A stretch of 64,000 bases of DNA from Usitatibacteraceae bacterium (GTDB lineage Bacteria > Pseudomonadota > Gammaproteobacteria > Burkholderiales > Usitatibacteraceae): NCBI GenBank assembly GCA_036394575.1, contig DASWEY010000019.1, positions 40,579-104,578 of the forward strand. Direction: 5' to 3'. This document shows positions 7,169 through 19,026 of this stretch, one piece after another; position 1 is the stretch's first letter, and every line of letters begins with the position of its first letter. Position numbers and translations under genes: made by a program. Under the pieces are notes generated by a model that saw nothing but the letters and a program-made list of their open reading frames with translations, did not search any database and had not been told where the DNA came from.

Positions 7169-8401
7169 TCATTCCCAGTTGAGCGCGCCGCCGGTTTGGT
7201 ATTCGGTCACGCGCGTCTCAAAGAAGTTCTTCTCTTTCTTCAAGTCGATCAGTTCCGACATCCACGGGAAGGGGTTGGTGGCGCCGGGGTAGAGCACGTC
7301 CAGGCCCACTTGCTGGGCGCGGCGGTTGGCGACGAAGCGCAGGTATTCCTTGAACATGGGTGCGTTGAGGCCGAGCACGCCGCGCGGCATGGTGTCTTCG
7401 GCGTAGGCGTATTCGAGCTCGACGCCCTGGCGGAACAGGCCTTCGATTTCTTTCTTGAATTCGTTGGTCCAGAGCTGCGGGTTTTCGAGCTTGATGGTGT
7501 TGACGAGGTCGATGCCGAAATTGCAGTGCATCGATTCATCGCGCAGGATGTACTGGTACTGCTCGGCGGCGCCGGTCATCTTGTTCTGGCGGCCCAGCGC
7601 CAGGATCTGCACAAAGCCGACGTAGAAGAACAGGCCTTCCATGATGCAGCTGAACACGATCAGGGACTTGAGCAGCTTCTGGTCGTTCTCGAAGGTGCCC
7701 GTCTTGAAGGTGGGGTCGGAGAGCGTGTCGATGAAGGGGATCAGGAAGCGATCCTTGTCGCGGATGCATTTGACTTCGTTGTAGGCGTTGAAGATTTCGG
7801 CTTCGTCAAGCCCTAAGCTTTCGGCGATGTACTGGTAGGCGTGGGTGTGGATGGCTTCTTCAAAGGCCTGGCGCAGCAGGTACTGGCGGCACTCGGGCGC
7901 GGTGATGTGACGATAGGTGCCGAGCACGATGTTGTTGGCGGCGAGCGAATCGGCGGTGACGAAGAAACCGAGGTTGCGCTTGATCAGCAGGCGCTCGTCG
8001 TCGGTCAGCCCCTGCGGGTTTTTCCAGGTGGCGATGTCGCGGTTCATGTTCACTTCCTGCGGCATCCAGTGGTTGGCGCAGCCGGCCAGGTATTTGTCCC
8101 AGGCCCATTTGTATTTGAACGGCACGAGCTGGTTGACGTCGGTCTTGGCGTTGATGACGCGCTTGTCTTCGGCGCGCACGCGGGTGAAGCGGGCGTCGAT
8201 ATTGGCGGTGGCGGCGCTCATGTCGGCAGCGGGGTTGGCAACGGAAGCGGCCGGCTTCTCATTGGCGAACTCACGCGCGAGGATGCCGCTGGCGGCCATG
8301 GCGTCGGCGGTGGAGGGCTGCGAACTGCGCGGCCCCGGGCCGGATGCGGCCGGGGCGGCGGGTGGGAAAGCAGCCGGGGTATCGTCCCAGGTTAATGACA
8401 T
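7169..8401 (-). CDS. nrdB: Ribonucleoside-diphosphate reductase class Ia beta subunit
   Basis: 410 aa. [25 protein letters not shown], di-iron ligand motifs [10 protein letters not shown] and LRDESMH, C-terminal tail [12 protein letters not shown]. Confidence 0.95.
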   Translation of the reverse strand: MSLTWDDTPAAFPPAAPAASGPGPRSSQPSTADAMAASGILAREFANEKPAASVANPAADMSAATANIDARFTRVRAEDKRVINAKTDVNQLVPFKYKWAWDKYLAGCANHWMPQEVNMNRDIATWKNPQGLTDDERLLIKRNLGFFVTADSLAANNIVLGTYRHITAPECRQYLLRQAFEEAIHTHAYQYIAESLGLDEAEIFNAYNEVKCIRDKDRFLIPFIDTLSDPTFKTGTFENDQKLLKSLIVFSCIMEGLFFYVGFVQILALGRQNKMTGAAEQYQYILRDESMHCNFGIDLVNTIKLENPQLWTNEFKKEIEGLFRQGVELEYAYAEDTMPRGVLGLNAPMFKEYLRFVANRRAQQVGLDVLYPGATNPFPWMSELIDLKKEKNFFETRVTEYQTGGALNWE

Positions 8402-8537
8402 AGTCGTGACTCCGAAAAAATTTGATCGATCTGTTTTTGTTCGGGACGTGGCCCGGTGCTGTTGCTGTGCAAGATTTCAGTGCTGCAAATTCGGTGTTGC
8501 TGGATGCGTGGGCGCCCCGATGCGCCCTTGATGCAAC

Positions 8538-8762
8538 CTAATGCGCGAACGCCAGATGCGCCGCGCGGGTGACGTCGGCCAGGGTGCCGAAGTTGTCGTA
8601 CACCGTCGGCGCTTCCACCGCCCCGCGCATATGCTTGATGGCGAGCACGCAATCGCCGCGCCGCTTGTAGGACTGGGCGGCGGTGGCGAGCTTGTCGCCA
8701 CTGGCCGCGGCCAGGTACCAGCGCCATTCGTTGCGGATGTCCTGATAAAGATGGAAAACCAT
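8538..8762 (-). CDS. DUF1508 (YegP-like) single-domain protein
   Basis: ORF track 76 aa. The likely ATG is at M3 (a G-rich SD lies upstream). MVFHLYQDIRNEWRWYLAAASGDKLATAAQSYKRRGDCVLAIKHM fits the F..D..G.WRW.L.A.NG..IA.S..Y.....C pattern. Confidence 0.75.
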   Translation of the reverse strand: MVFHLYQDIRNEWRWYLAAASGDKLATAAQSYKRRGDCVLAIKHMRGAVEAPTVYDNFGTLADVTRAAHLAFAH

Positions 8763-8875
8763 ATACACCCCCCGTTGCTCATTTATGCTGCTTAGGCCCC
8801 AGCCCTCTTCCGTTTCAGGCCGCCTGTTTGATGCCGTGGCGGAAGAGGTAGTGGACGGGATTACTCAATAGCGAA

Positions 8876-9106
8876 TCAATGTTGACGAAAAAAACCCGGC
8901 ATCTGTAACAGTTCGGTGTTCATCAGGCTCGTGACGTTCTCCAGCACGATGGCCTGATCCGCCGCCTTCACCTGCAAAATCGTTTCGAGGCATTCTTCCT
9001 TGTCGCGATAGCCGCTGCCGGAATCCGCGATCTTCTTGCCCTCGTCACTGCTCAACTGCCAACGCCATTCGAGCCTTGCATCCTGGAAGATGTGAAATTG
9101 CATCAT
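8876..9106 (-). CDS. DUF1508 (YegP-like) single-domain protein, paralogue of 8538..8762
   Basis: 76 aa. MMQFHIFQDARLEWRWQLSSDEGKKIADSGSGYRDKEECLETILQVK. Confidence 0.75.
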   Translation of the reverse strand: MMQFHIFQDARLEWRWQLSSDEGKKIADSGSGYRDKEECLETILQVKAADQAIVLENVTSLMNTELLQMPGFFRQH

Positions 9107-9351
9107 CGGTCCTTTTCGGGTGGTGGTTGGGTGCTGCTTGCTGCCTGCTACTGTTGACGCATTTAAAACTGGTGGTGTCGTTCCGAAACGCTGCTACGTG
9201 TGCCGCACTACTACTTTTGAATTGCTCCGGACTCAACTACTTCCGCTGCGTTAAAACTTTGTTTGTCGCCCCGGCTCATTTTCGTTTCCGGGCCGGGGCG
9301 ACATAGCTGAGTTTGGCGAGTGTTATTGGCATCTCGCCGCACTACGTTTCA

Positions 9352-12342
<2,991 letters not shown>

Positions 12343-12609
12343 GGTCAGTCTCCTGTCAAATGCTTTTTGTTTTGAAAACAGTGTGTTAGTACGCAAATAC
12401 TTAACGCAAAACGTTACGCAAACTCGTTGCGCAAACCCGGTTCGTTTCCCACTCACCGGCCCTTTTGTCTGCCGTCTGCCGCCTGCTGCGTACTGCGTAC
12501 CGCACACACCACTTATGCCCAAGCCGCCACCGTGTTGCTTGTTGCGGTGAAGCTTCTGGCACGCAAGCCGCCTATGGAAGCTCCAGAGGCCGGATTGCGG
12601 AACGCGGAG

Positions 12610-12675
12610 TTGTCCACAGACTATCCACCGCGCGTCCCAACCTTTACAGTCCGGTTGGGAACAGAATTATCCACA
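12610..12675 (+). promoter_or_regulatory. DnaA-box cluster upstream of nrdA
   Basis: TTGTCCACA (12610-12618, 1 mismatch), CTATCCACC (12621-12629, 2 mismatches) and a perfect TTATCCACA (12667-12675), all in the same orientation. DnaA control of nrdAB is established in E. coli. Confidence 0.45.
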
Positions 12676-12679
12676 GCTG

Positions 12680-12726
12680 ACACAATATCTTGTGCCTGCA
12701 AGGGTCAGAACGCACTATATCGTGCG
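12680..12726. promoter_or_regulatory. Two NrdR boxes in the nrdA promoter region
   Basis: ACACAATATCTTGTG (12680-12694) and CGCACTATATCGTGCG (12711-12726) match the palindromic NrdR consensus acaCwAtATaTwGtgt. Centres are about 31-32 bp apart, as is typical. On the gene strand, box 2 overlaps a possible -10 (TATAGT) that lies 18 nt after TTGCAT. Confidence 0.65.
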
Positions 12727-12850
12727 CTTTCAAGAAAATGCAACAGTAATTTTTTTATCTGAATTTCGCCAGTAAAAACAAACACTTCAAGCATTAAAAC
12801 CAGGGTGAAAATAACCTTGCAGTTCATGTGCTTTGTGAAGGTTTGCAAGG

Positions 12851-12925
12851 CCCAGAAATGACGCGCTTTCCGGGCCAAAAAGCCTTGGAAAGGCGCATGG
12901 ATGCTGGGGTTCGCGCTTTTGGCGC
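12851..12925 (+). repeat. Family-1 repeat, copy 5 (degenerate, A-loop form)
   Basis: cccagaaatgacgcgctttccgggccaaaaagccttggaaaggcgcatggatgctggggttcgcgcttttgg. Confidence 0.55.
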
Positions 12926-13028
12926 CGGGTGATGCACGGCCAGACAGGCAGTTTTTTGGCTGGCGCCATATCCCCTGAGCAGGGGATGGGGGCGGCCCGC
13001 GCCGGCGCGCGGCAGGCTGGTTGCGCCG

Positions 13029-16000
13029 CTAATTTCGCAAAAACCGCGCTTCGAATTCCGCCGCCGGCAGGGGCTCGCTGAACAGGAAGCCCTGGCATTC
13101 GTCGCAGTTGAGCTCGGCCAGCAGGCGCTTCTGCGCCTCGGTTTCCACCCCCTCGGCGATCACGGTCAGCTTCAGGCTGTGGCCGAGCGCGACGACGGCG
13201 GTGATGATGGCGGTGGCGTCGAGGCTGGTCTCGACGTCGCGCACGAAGCTCTGGTCGATTTTCAGGGTGTCGATATGGAAACGGCGCAGATAGGCCAGCG
13301 AGGAATAGCCGGTGCCGAAATCGTCGATGGCGATCTTCACGCCCAGGTCGGAGATCTGGCGCAGCACGTCGATATTGTCGTCGGCATGCGCCATCAGCAG
13401 GCTCTCGGTGACTTCGAGCTCCAGGAAGCGTGGCTCCAGCCCGGCGCGGTACAGCGCGTTATGCACGCTGCGCGCGAGGCCGCGGTTGAGCTGGCCCACC
13501 GAGAGATTGATCGCCAGCGACAGCGGCTCGCGGCTGGGGTGGTGGCTGCGCTGCTGGGTAAAATCGCGCCAGGCGCGCGCCTGCGCGCAGCCCTGCCGCA
13601 GCACCCACTCGCCGAGCGGGCCGATCAACCCGGTTTCCTCGGCGATCGGAATGAATTGCGCCGGCGAGATCAGACCCAGCTGCGGATGACGCCAGCGCAG
13701 CAGCGCCTCGGCCCCGGTGAGGTGCCCGTCGACGAGGCTGAACTTGGGATGGTAATAAAGTTCGAATTCCTCGCTCTCGATGGCGCGCTTGAGGGTGCTT
13801 TCCATACTCAGTTTTTCGACGGCGCGCGCATTCATCTGCGGCGAGAAATACTGGTAGCTCTGGCGGCGGTGTTCCTTGGCGAAGGACATGGCCATATCGG
13901 CATTGCGGATCAGGGTGGCGGCGTCGGCGGCGTCGTTGGGGTAGACGCTGATGCCGACGGTGACCGAGCTGTCGAGGTTGCGGCCGTCGACGGCGAACGG
14001 CTTGGCCAGCGCCTGGATGATGTTCTGCGCCACCGCGCCGGCGTCTTCGGGTGCGCGCAGGGTGGCCAGCACCACTGCGAATTCATCGCCGCCGAAACGC
14101 GCCAGGGTGTCGCCCTCGGTCATCATGCCGGCGATGCGCGCGGCCACCTGTTTGAGCAGGCCGTCGCCGGTGGCATAGCCCAGGGAATCGTTGATCACCT
14201 TGAAGCGGTCGAGGTCGAACAGCAGCACGCCGATCATCTGCTGGTTGCGCTGCGCCACCAGGATCGCCTGCGAGAGGCGGTCCATCATCAGGCGGCGGTT
14301 GGGCAGCTGGGTCAGCAGGTCGCGGGTGGCCAGTTCCTCGATGCGTTCCTCGGCGGCCTTGCGCTCGGTGATGTCGAGGCCGGTGCCGCGAAAGCCGATG
14401 CGGCTGCCGTCGGTGGCGTAGAACGGCACGCCGGACACGCGCTGCCAGATGCGGCGCCCGTCGCGGGTGATGGAGACATGCTCGAGATTGCGGATCGGCT
14501 CGGCGGTATCGCCGCGCAAATCGAACCAGGCCCTGACGCGTGCGGCCTCTTCCGGCGGCATGAAATCGTAGGCGCTCCTGCCGAGCACTTCGTCGACCGG
14601 GTAGCCCAGCACTTTTTCGATGCGCGAGGAGACGTACAGGTAGCGGCGCTGCCGATCGGACTCCCACACGTATTCGCCTGCGGCCTCGACCACGTCGGCG
14701 AAGCGGCGCTCGCTTTCGCGCAACTGGAGCTCGGCGCGCTTGCGGTCGGTGACGTCCGACATTACCGCCAGCATGCAACTCTCGCCACGCAGTTCGATGA
14801 TCTCGCTCGACATCAGGGTTTCGGCGATCGAGCCGTCCTTGCGGCGCAGACGGAACTCGAACTCGCGCGCGCGCCCCTGTGTCCGCAGTTGCTCGACCAG
14901 CCGGGCGCGATCCTGCGGCGACACCCAGATGCCCAGGTCCAGCGAACGCCTGCCCAGCATTTCCTCGCGCGTGTAGCCGCACAGGCGCAACCAGGCGTCG
15001 TTGAATTCGACATAGACGCCGGTGTCCAGGTTGGAGATCACGATCGCGTCGGGGCTGGAATGGAAAATGCGCGCGAAGCGCTCGTCGGACTCGCGCTGCT
15101 GGGCCTCGGCGCGCTTGCGCGCACTGATGTCGGCCAGCACCGAGATCGCGCAGGGCTCGCCCTGCAGCTCGATCACGTCGGCGGCCAGCACCACATCGGC
15201 GAGACTACCGTCCTTGCGGCGCAGGCGGAACTCGAAGTCGCGCACCCGCCCGTGCGCCTGCATCTGTTCGACCAGGTAGGCGCGATCCTCGGCCGAGAAC
15301 CAGGTGCCGATCTCGAGTGCGCGCTTGCCGATGATTTCCTCGCGCGTATAGCCGGTGAGCGCGAACCAGGCTTCATTGGCCTCGAGATAGGTGCTTTGGT
15401 ACAGGTGCGAAATGACGATCGCATCGGGGCTCGCATGGAAGATCTTGGCGAAGCGCTCGTCGGATTCGCGCTTCTGCGCCTCGGCGCGTTTGCGCGCGGT
15501 CAGGTCGAAGGCGGTGGCGATCACGCAGGGCTGCCCGCCGAACTCGATGACCTGCGCCGAATACAGCACTTCCACCGCCTGCCCGTCGGCGGCGGTCAGA
15601 ACCACCTCGGTCGGATCGATGCGCCCGTTTTCATGCATTTGCGCAATCACCATCTGGCGCTGGGCCTTGTTCCGCCAGACACCGAGTTCCGGGGTGGTGC
15701 GACCGATCACCTGCTCGCGGGTGAAATGCATCATGTCGAGCCCGGCCTGGTTGACCTCGAACACACGGCCGTCGGCCAAACTACTGATGGTGGCCGGGAT
15801 CGGACTGTTGGCGAACACCATGGCAAACAGTTTTTGCGAGCGCGCCAGTTCGACCATGCCCTGTCGCTGTTCGGCGCGGCTGCTGACCAGGAGCAAGGCG
15901 GCCAGCGCCACCGCATAGCCGAAGCCCTGCTGCTGCAGCACGGCCGCGGTGACGGCGAGATTGGAGAACGGGCCGAAGTCGAAGCGCGTGCCGATGATGA

Positions 16001-16742
16001 CGACCACGGCGACCAGAAAATTCGACAGGGCCACCTGACGCACCTCGCCTTCCAGGGCGGCCCATACCGCAACCGGGAACACTGCCAGCAGCAGCACGTT
16101 CTGCAGCCAGGGCCAGTTTTCGGGCAACAGGAAAAACACGCCGGCGGCCAGCAGCGCCGGCGTCAGGGCGTTGACCACCGCGGACCAGGACAGCGCCTCC
16201 CGCCAGCGCCGGAACGCGAAGCCGTACCAGGACAGCAGCAGCGGTGCAGCGCAGGCGATGCCGACGGCGTCGCCCAGCCACCAGGTGACCCAGGCGGCGA
16301 ACTGGTTGGCGACCGGCAGGGTGCCGCTGAGGCGCAGGGCGACGATGCCGATGCAGGCCGCGATCATCGCCGTGCCCAGGGCCGCCGGCACCATCAGCAA
16401 CAGGGCCTCGCGCGCATGCTGCAGCCGGTATTCGCCGCCCCAGAAGCGTCGCATCAGCCAGGCGCCGGCCAGCGCTTCCAGGGTGTTGCCGCAGGCGATC
16501 ATGAGGCGGAATTGCGGCTCCAGCACCGCATCCAGATTGGCCAGGAAGGCGCCCAGCAACACCCCCGGCCACAGCCGCATCCCGCCCAGCATCAGCGCGA
16601 CCAGGGCGATGCCCGAGGGCATCCAGGCCGGGGTGACATGGCCGTGCACCGACGCCAGCATCAGGCCGAGCTTGGCGGTGATGATGTAAGCGACGATCAA
16701 CAGCGCCAGGTTACGAAAATAGGGAACGGAATTGAGCTTCAT
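13029..16742 (-). CDS. MASE1 - 4x PAS - GGDEF - EAL cyclic-di-GMP signalling protein
   Basis: ORF track 1276 aa (to 16859). The likely start is M40 (MKLNSVPYF). N-terminal multi-TM MASE1-like region, PAS repeats, RFGGDEFAV (GGDEF), ELEVTES and DDFGTGYSSL (EAL). Confidence 0.9.
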   Translation of the reverse strand: MKLNSVPYFRNLALLIVAYIITAKLGLMLASVHGHVTPAWMPSGIALVALMLGGMRLWPGVLLGAFLANLDAVLEPQFRLMIACGNTLEALAGAWLMRRFWGGEYRLQHAREALLLMVPAALGTAMIAACIGIVALRLSGTLPVANQFAAWVTWWLGDAVGIACAAPLLLSWYGFAFRRWREALSWSAVVNALTPALLAAGVFFLLPENWPWLQNVLLLAVFPVAVWAALEGEVRQVALSNFLVAVVVIIGTRFDFGPFSNLAVTAAVLQQQGFGYAVALAALLLVSSRAEQRQGMVELARSQKLFAMVFANSPIPATISSLADGRVFEVNQAGLDMMHFTREQVIGRTTPELGVWRNKAQRQMVIAQMHENGRIDPTEVVLTAADGQAVEVLYSAQVIEFGGQPCVIATAFDLTARKRAEAQKRESDERFAKIFHASPDAIVISHLYQSTYLEANEAWFALTGYTREEIIGKRALEIGTWFSAEDRAYLVEQMQAHGRVRDFEFRLRRKDGSLADVVLAADVIELQGEPCAISVLADISARKRAEAQQRESDERFARIFHSSPDAIVISNLDTGVYVEFNDAWLRLCGYTREEMLGRRSLDLGIWVSPQDRARLVEQLRTQGRAREFEFRLRRKDGSIAETLMSSEIIELRGESCMLAVMSDVTDRKRAELQLRESERRFADVVEAAGEYVWESDRQRRYLYVSSRIEKVLGYPVDEVLGRSAYDFMPPEEAARVRAWFDLRGDTAEPIRNLEHVSITRDGRRIWQRVSGVPFYATDGSRIGFRGTGLDITERKAAEERIEELATRDLLTQLPNRRLMMDRLSQAILVAQRNQQMIGVLLFDLDRFKVINDSLGYATGDGLLKQVAARIAGMMTEGDTLARFGGDEFAVVLATLRAPEDAGAVAQNIIQALAKPFAVDGRNLDSSVTVGISVYPNDAADAATLIRNADMAMSFAKEHRRQSYQYFSPQMNARAVEKLSMESTLKRAIESEEFELYYHPKFSLVDGHLTGAEALLRWRHPQLGLISPAQFIPIAEETGLIGPLGEWVLRQGCAQARAWRDFTQQRSHHPSREPLSLAINLSVGQLNRGLARSVHNALYRAGLEPRFLELEVTESLLMAHADDNIDVLRQISDLGVKIAIDDFGTGYSSLAYLRRFHIDTLKIDQSFVRDVETSLDATAIITAVVALGHSLKLTVIAEGVETEAQKRLLAELNCDECQGFLFSEPLPAAEFEARFLRN

Positions 16743-16819
16743 GTACACGGTAAAGGCAGGAGCGGCGTCGACGCAGGCGTCGCGGCGCCGGTCGCGGGAT
16801 GGAGCGGAAGCGGCTGATT

Positions 16820-17410
16820 CTAGTGCGGTAAATTCAGTGCGGTGCGCAGGCGTGTCCAATCGAACGCCGGGCCGGGATCGGTCTTGCGCCCCGGAGAAAT
16901 ATCGGCATGTCCGGCCAGCGCCAGCGGGCCGTAGTGCGCAAACAGGGAGGCCGTCAGGTCCGTCAGCGTCTCGTACTGGGCATCGGTATAGGCGATATCA
17001 TCCGCCCCCTCGAGTTCGATGCCAATCGAAAAATCGTTGCAGCGCTCGCGGCCGCGCCAGCTGGACGCGCCGGCATGCCAGGCGCGCAGCTCACAGGGCA
17101 CGAACTGGATCAGCTCACCGTCGCGGCGAATGAAGAAATGCGCGGACACGCGCAGATCCTTGATGGTCTCGTAATAGGGGTGGGCCGCCGGGTCGAGCCG
17201 GTTGGTGAACAGCTCAAGCACGCCGTTGCCGCCAAAGGCATTCGGGGGCAGCGAAATATTGTGGATCACCAGCAGCGAAATCGGCTCATGCTCGGGACGC
17301 TCGTCGAAATTGGGCGAGGCGATATAGCGGGCGCCGCCGCACATGCCGGCGATATCGATCAGGAAACGGGGAGGCTTTTCAGCGGGGACATCGGGATCGA
17401 ATAACGACAT
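16820..17410 (-). CDS. ampD: 1,6-anhydro-N-acetylmuramyl-L-alanine amidase
   Basis: 196 aa. ASPNFDERP...ISLLVIHNISLPP...LRAWHAGASSWRGRERCNDFSIGIELEG...LAGHADISPGRKTDPG. Confidence 0.9.
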   Translation of the reverse strand: MSLFDPDVPAEKPPRFLIDIAGMCGGARYIASPNFDERPEHEPISLLVIHNISLPPNAFGGNGVLELFTNRLDPAAHPYYETIKDLRVSAHFFIRRDGELIQFVPCELRAWHAGASSWRGRERCNDFSIGIELEGADDIAYTDAQYETLTDLTASLFAHYGPLALAGHADISPGRKTDPGPAFDWTRLRTALNLPH

Positions 17411-17510
17411 AGCCGGATTTTAATCGAACTAGGCGACAAACTCGTTTCAGCCGCGGAAACAAGGCTGTTTATTGCGCAGTCCATTGCGCGCACCGGCTGG
17501 GACCGCGCTG

Positions 17511-17603
17511 TCGAAAATCATGCAGAACGCCATTTGGCGCGGGTTTCGGGGAAAAAATGGCTGGAAAGGCGCGCCAATGCTGGAGATTGGCCATCACATT
17601 TAA
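17511..17603 (+). repeat. Family-1 repeat, copy 6 (A-loop form)
   Basis: tcgaaaatcatgcagaaCGCCATTTGGCGCGGgtttcggggAAAAAATggctggaaaGGCGCGCCAATGCTGGAGattggccatcacattta. Confidence 0.8.
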
Positions 17604-17608
17604 TATCC

Positions 17609-19006
17609 CTACTCGATGCCGAGACGGTCGAGGCGGTAGCGCAGCGAACGGAAAGTGATCCCCAGCACCTTGGCGGCCGCCGTCTTGTTGAAGCGCGTCG
17701 ATTCCAGCGCCTTCATGATCTGTTGGCGCTCGATCTGGTCGAGGTATTCATGCAGGGGCATGGTGCGCTCGCCGATTACGCCGCTGCTGGCGCTCATCGG
17801 CTCGCGGCCCTCGGTGAGGTACAAATCGGCCTCGCGGATCACCTTGCCGTCGCACAATGCCAGGGCGCGCTCGAGGATATTTTCGAGTTCGCGCACATTG
17901 CCGGGATAGTCGTAGCCGACCAGGGCATTGAGCGCGCCGGCGGCCAGCTCGGGCACCGGCGTGCCGACCTGCAGGGCCAGGCGCTCCAGCACCTTTTGCA
18001 CCATCAGCGGAATGTCCTCGGGGATCTCGCGCAGGCTCGGCATCTTCAGTTCGATGACATTGAGGCGGTAGAACAGATCCTGGCGGAATTCGCCGGCGGC
18101 GACCTTGTCGTTCAGGTTCTTGTGGGTGGCGCTGATGATGCGGAAGTCAACCTGGAATTCGCCGGTGTCGCCCAGCTTGCGCACCTTCTTTTCCTGGATG
18201 ACGCGCAGCAGTTTTACCTGCATCAGCAGGGGCAGATCGCCGACCTCGTCGAGAAACAGGGTGCCGCCGTCGGCGGCATGCAGAAAACCGTCCTTGTCGC
18301 CATCGGCGCCGGTGAACGCGCCTTTTTTGTAGCCGAAGAATTCGCTCTCCATCAGGTTTTCGGGAATGGCGCCGCAGTTGACGGCGACGAATTGCGCCTC
18401 GCGGCGCGCGCTGCCGGAATGGATCAGGCGCGCGGCGACTTCCTTGCCGGTGCCGGATTCGCCGGCGATGTATACCGGCGCCTGGCTGCGCGCCAGCTTG
18501 CCGATCATGTCGCGGGCACGCGCGATCGGCGCCGATTCGCCGAGCAGGCGCGGACCGGCGCCGTTCGCCTTGTCCGCCGCCGCCGATTTCTTGCCGCGCT
18601 CGCTGCGCTCATTTTTTTCCGCGCGCTCGGCCGGCGTGCGCGGCAGGTTGAGCGCCGCGGTGATCACTTCGCGCAGCTGCTTCAGCTGGATCGGCTTGGA
18701 AATGTAGTCGAAAGCGCCGGCCTTCAGCGCCGCCACCGCGTTCTCGGTGCTGCCGAAGGCGGTGATCACGGCCACCGGCGTGTTGCCGTGATGCTCGGCG
18801 ATATGCTGCAGCACGCGCAGGCCGTCGCCATCGGGCAGGCGCATATCGGTCAGGCACAGATCGTAGCTGCGCTCGGCCAGGCGGGCGAACGCGTGCTCGC
18901 AGCTGGCCGCACTGTCGGCCTCGACGCCCATGCGCATCAGGGTCAGCACCAGCAGTTCGCGGATATCGGCTTCGTCGTCGACGATCAGTACATGTTTGGC
19001 CGTCAT
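17609..19006 (-). CDS. pilR: Sigma-54-dependent NtrC-family response regulator, PilR-like
   Basis: 465 aa. REC domain (LIVDDEADIRELL...LCLTDMRLPDGDG), AAA+ GESGTGKE, GAFTGA sigma-54 contact motif, C-terminal Fis-type HTH (NKTAAAKVLGITFRSLRYRL). N-terminus closely resembles PilR. Confidence 0.8.
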   Translation of the reverse strand: MTAKHVLIVDDEADIRELLVLTLMRMGVEADSAASCEHAFARLAERSYDLCLTDMRLPDGDGLRVLQHIAEHHGNTPVAVITAFGSTENAVAALKAGAFDYISKPIQLKQLREVITAALNLPRTPAERAEKNERSERGKKSAAADKANGAGPRLLGESAPIARARDMIGKLARSQAPVYIAGESGTGKEVAARLIHSGSARREAQFVAVNCGAIPENLMESEFFGYKKGAFTGADGDKDGFLHAADGGTLFLDEVGDLPLLMQVKLLRVIQEKKVRKLGDTGEFQVDFRIISATHKNLNDKVAAGEFRQDLFYRLNVIELKMPSLREIPEDIPLMVQKVLERLALQVGTPVPELAAGALNALVGYDYPGNVRELENILERALALCDGKVIREADLYLTEGREPMSASSGVIGERTMPLHEYLDQIERQQIMKALESTRFNKTAAAKVLGITFRSLRYRLDRLGIE

Positions 19007-19026
19007 GGGTTTCTCTTGCGGGTTGG

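Noticed and set aside
9264-9302. Hairpin GTCGCCCCGGC...GCCGGGGCGAC downstream of nrdA, considered as an intrinsic terminator.
   Set aside because: The stem is strong but no U-tract follows it on the nrdA strand. nrdA, the DUF1508 genes and nrdB are probably co-transcribed. It may be an RNA-processing or stability element, but I cannot support a terminator call.
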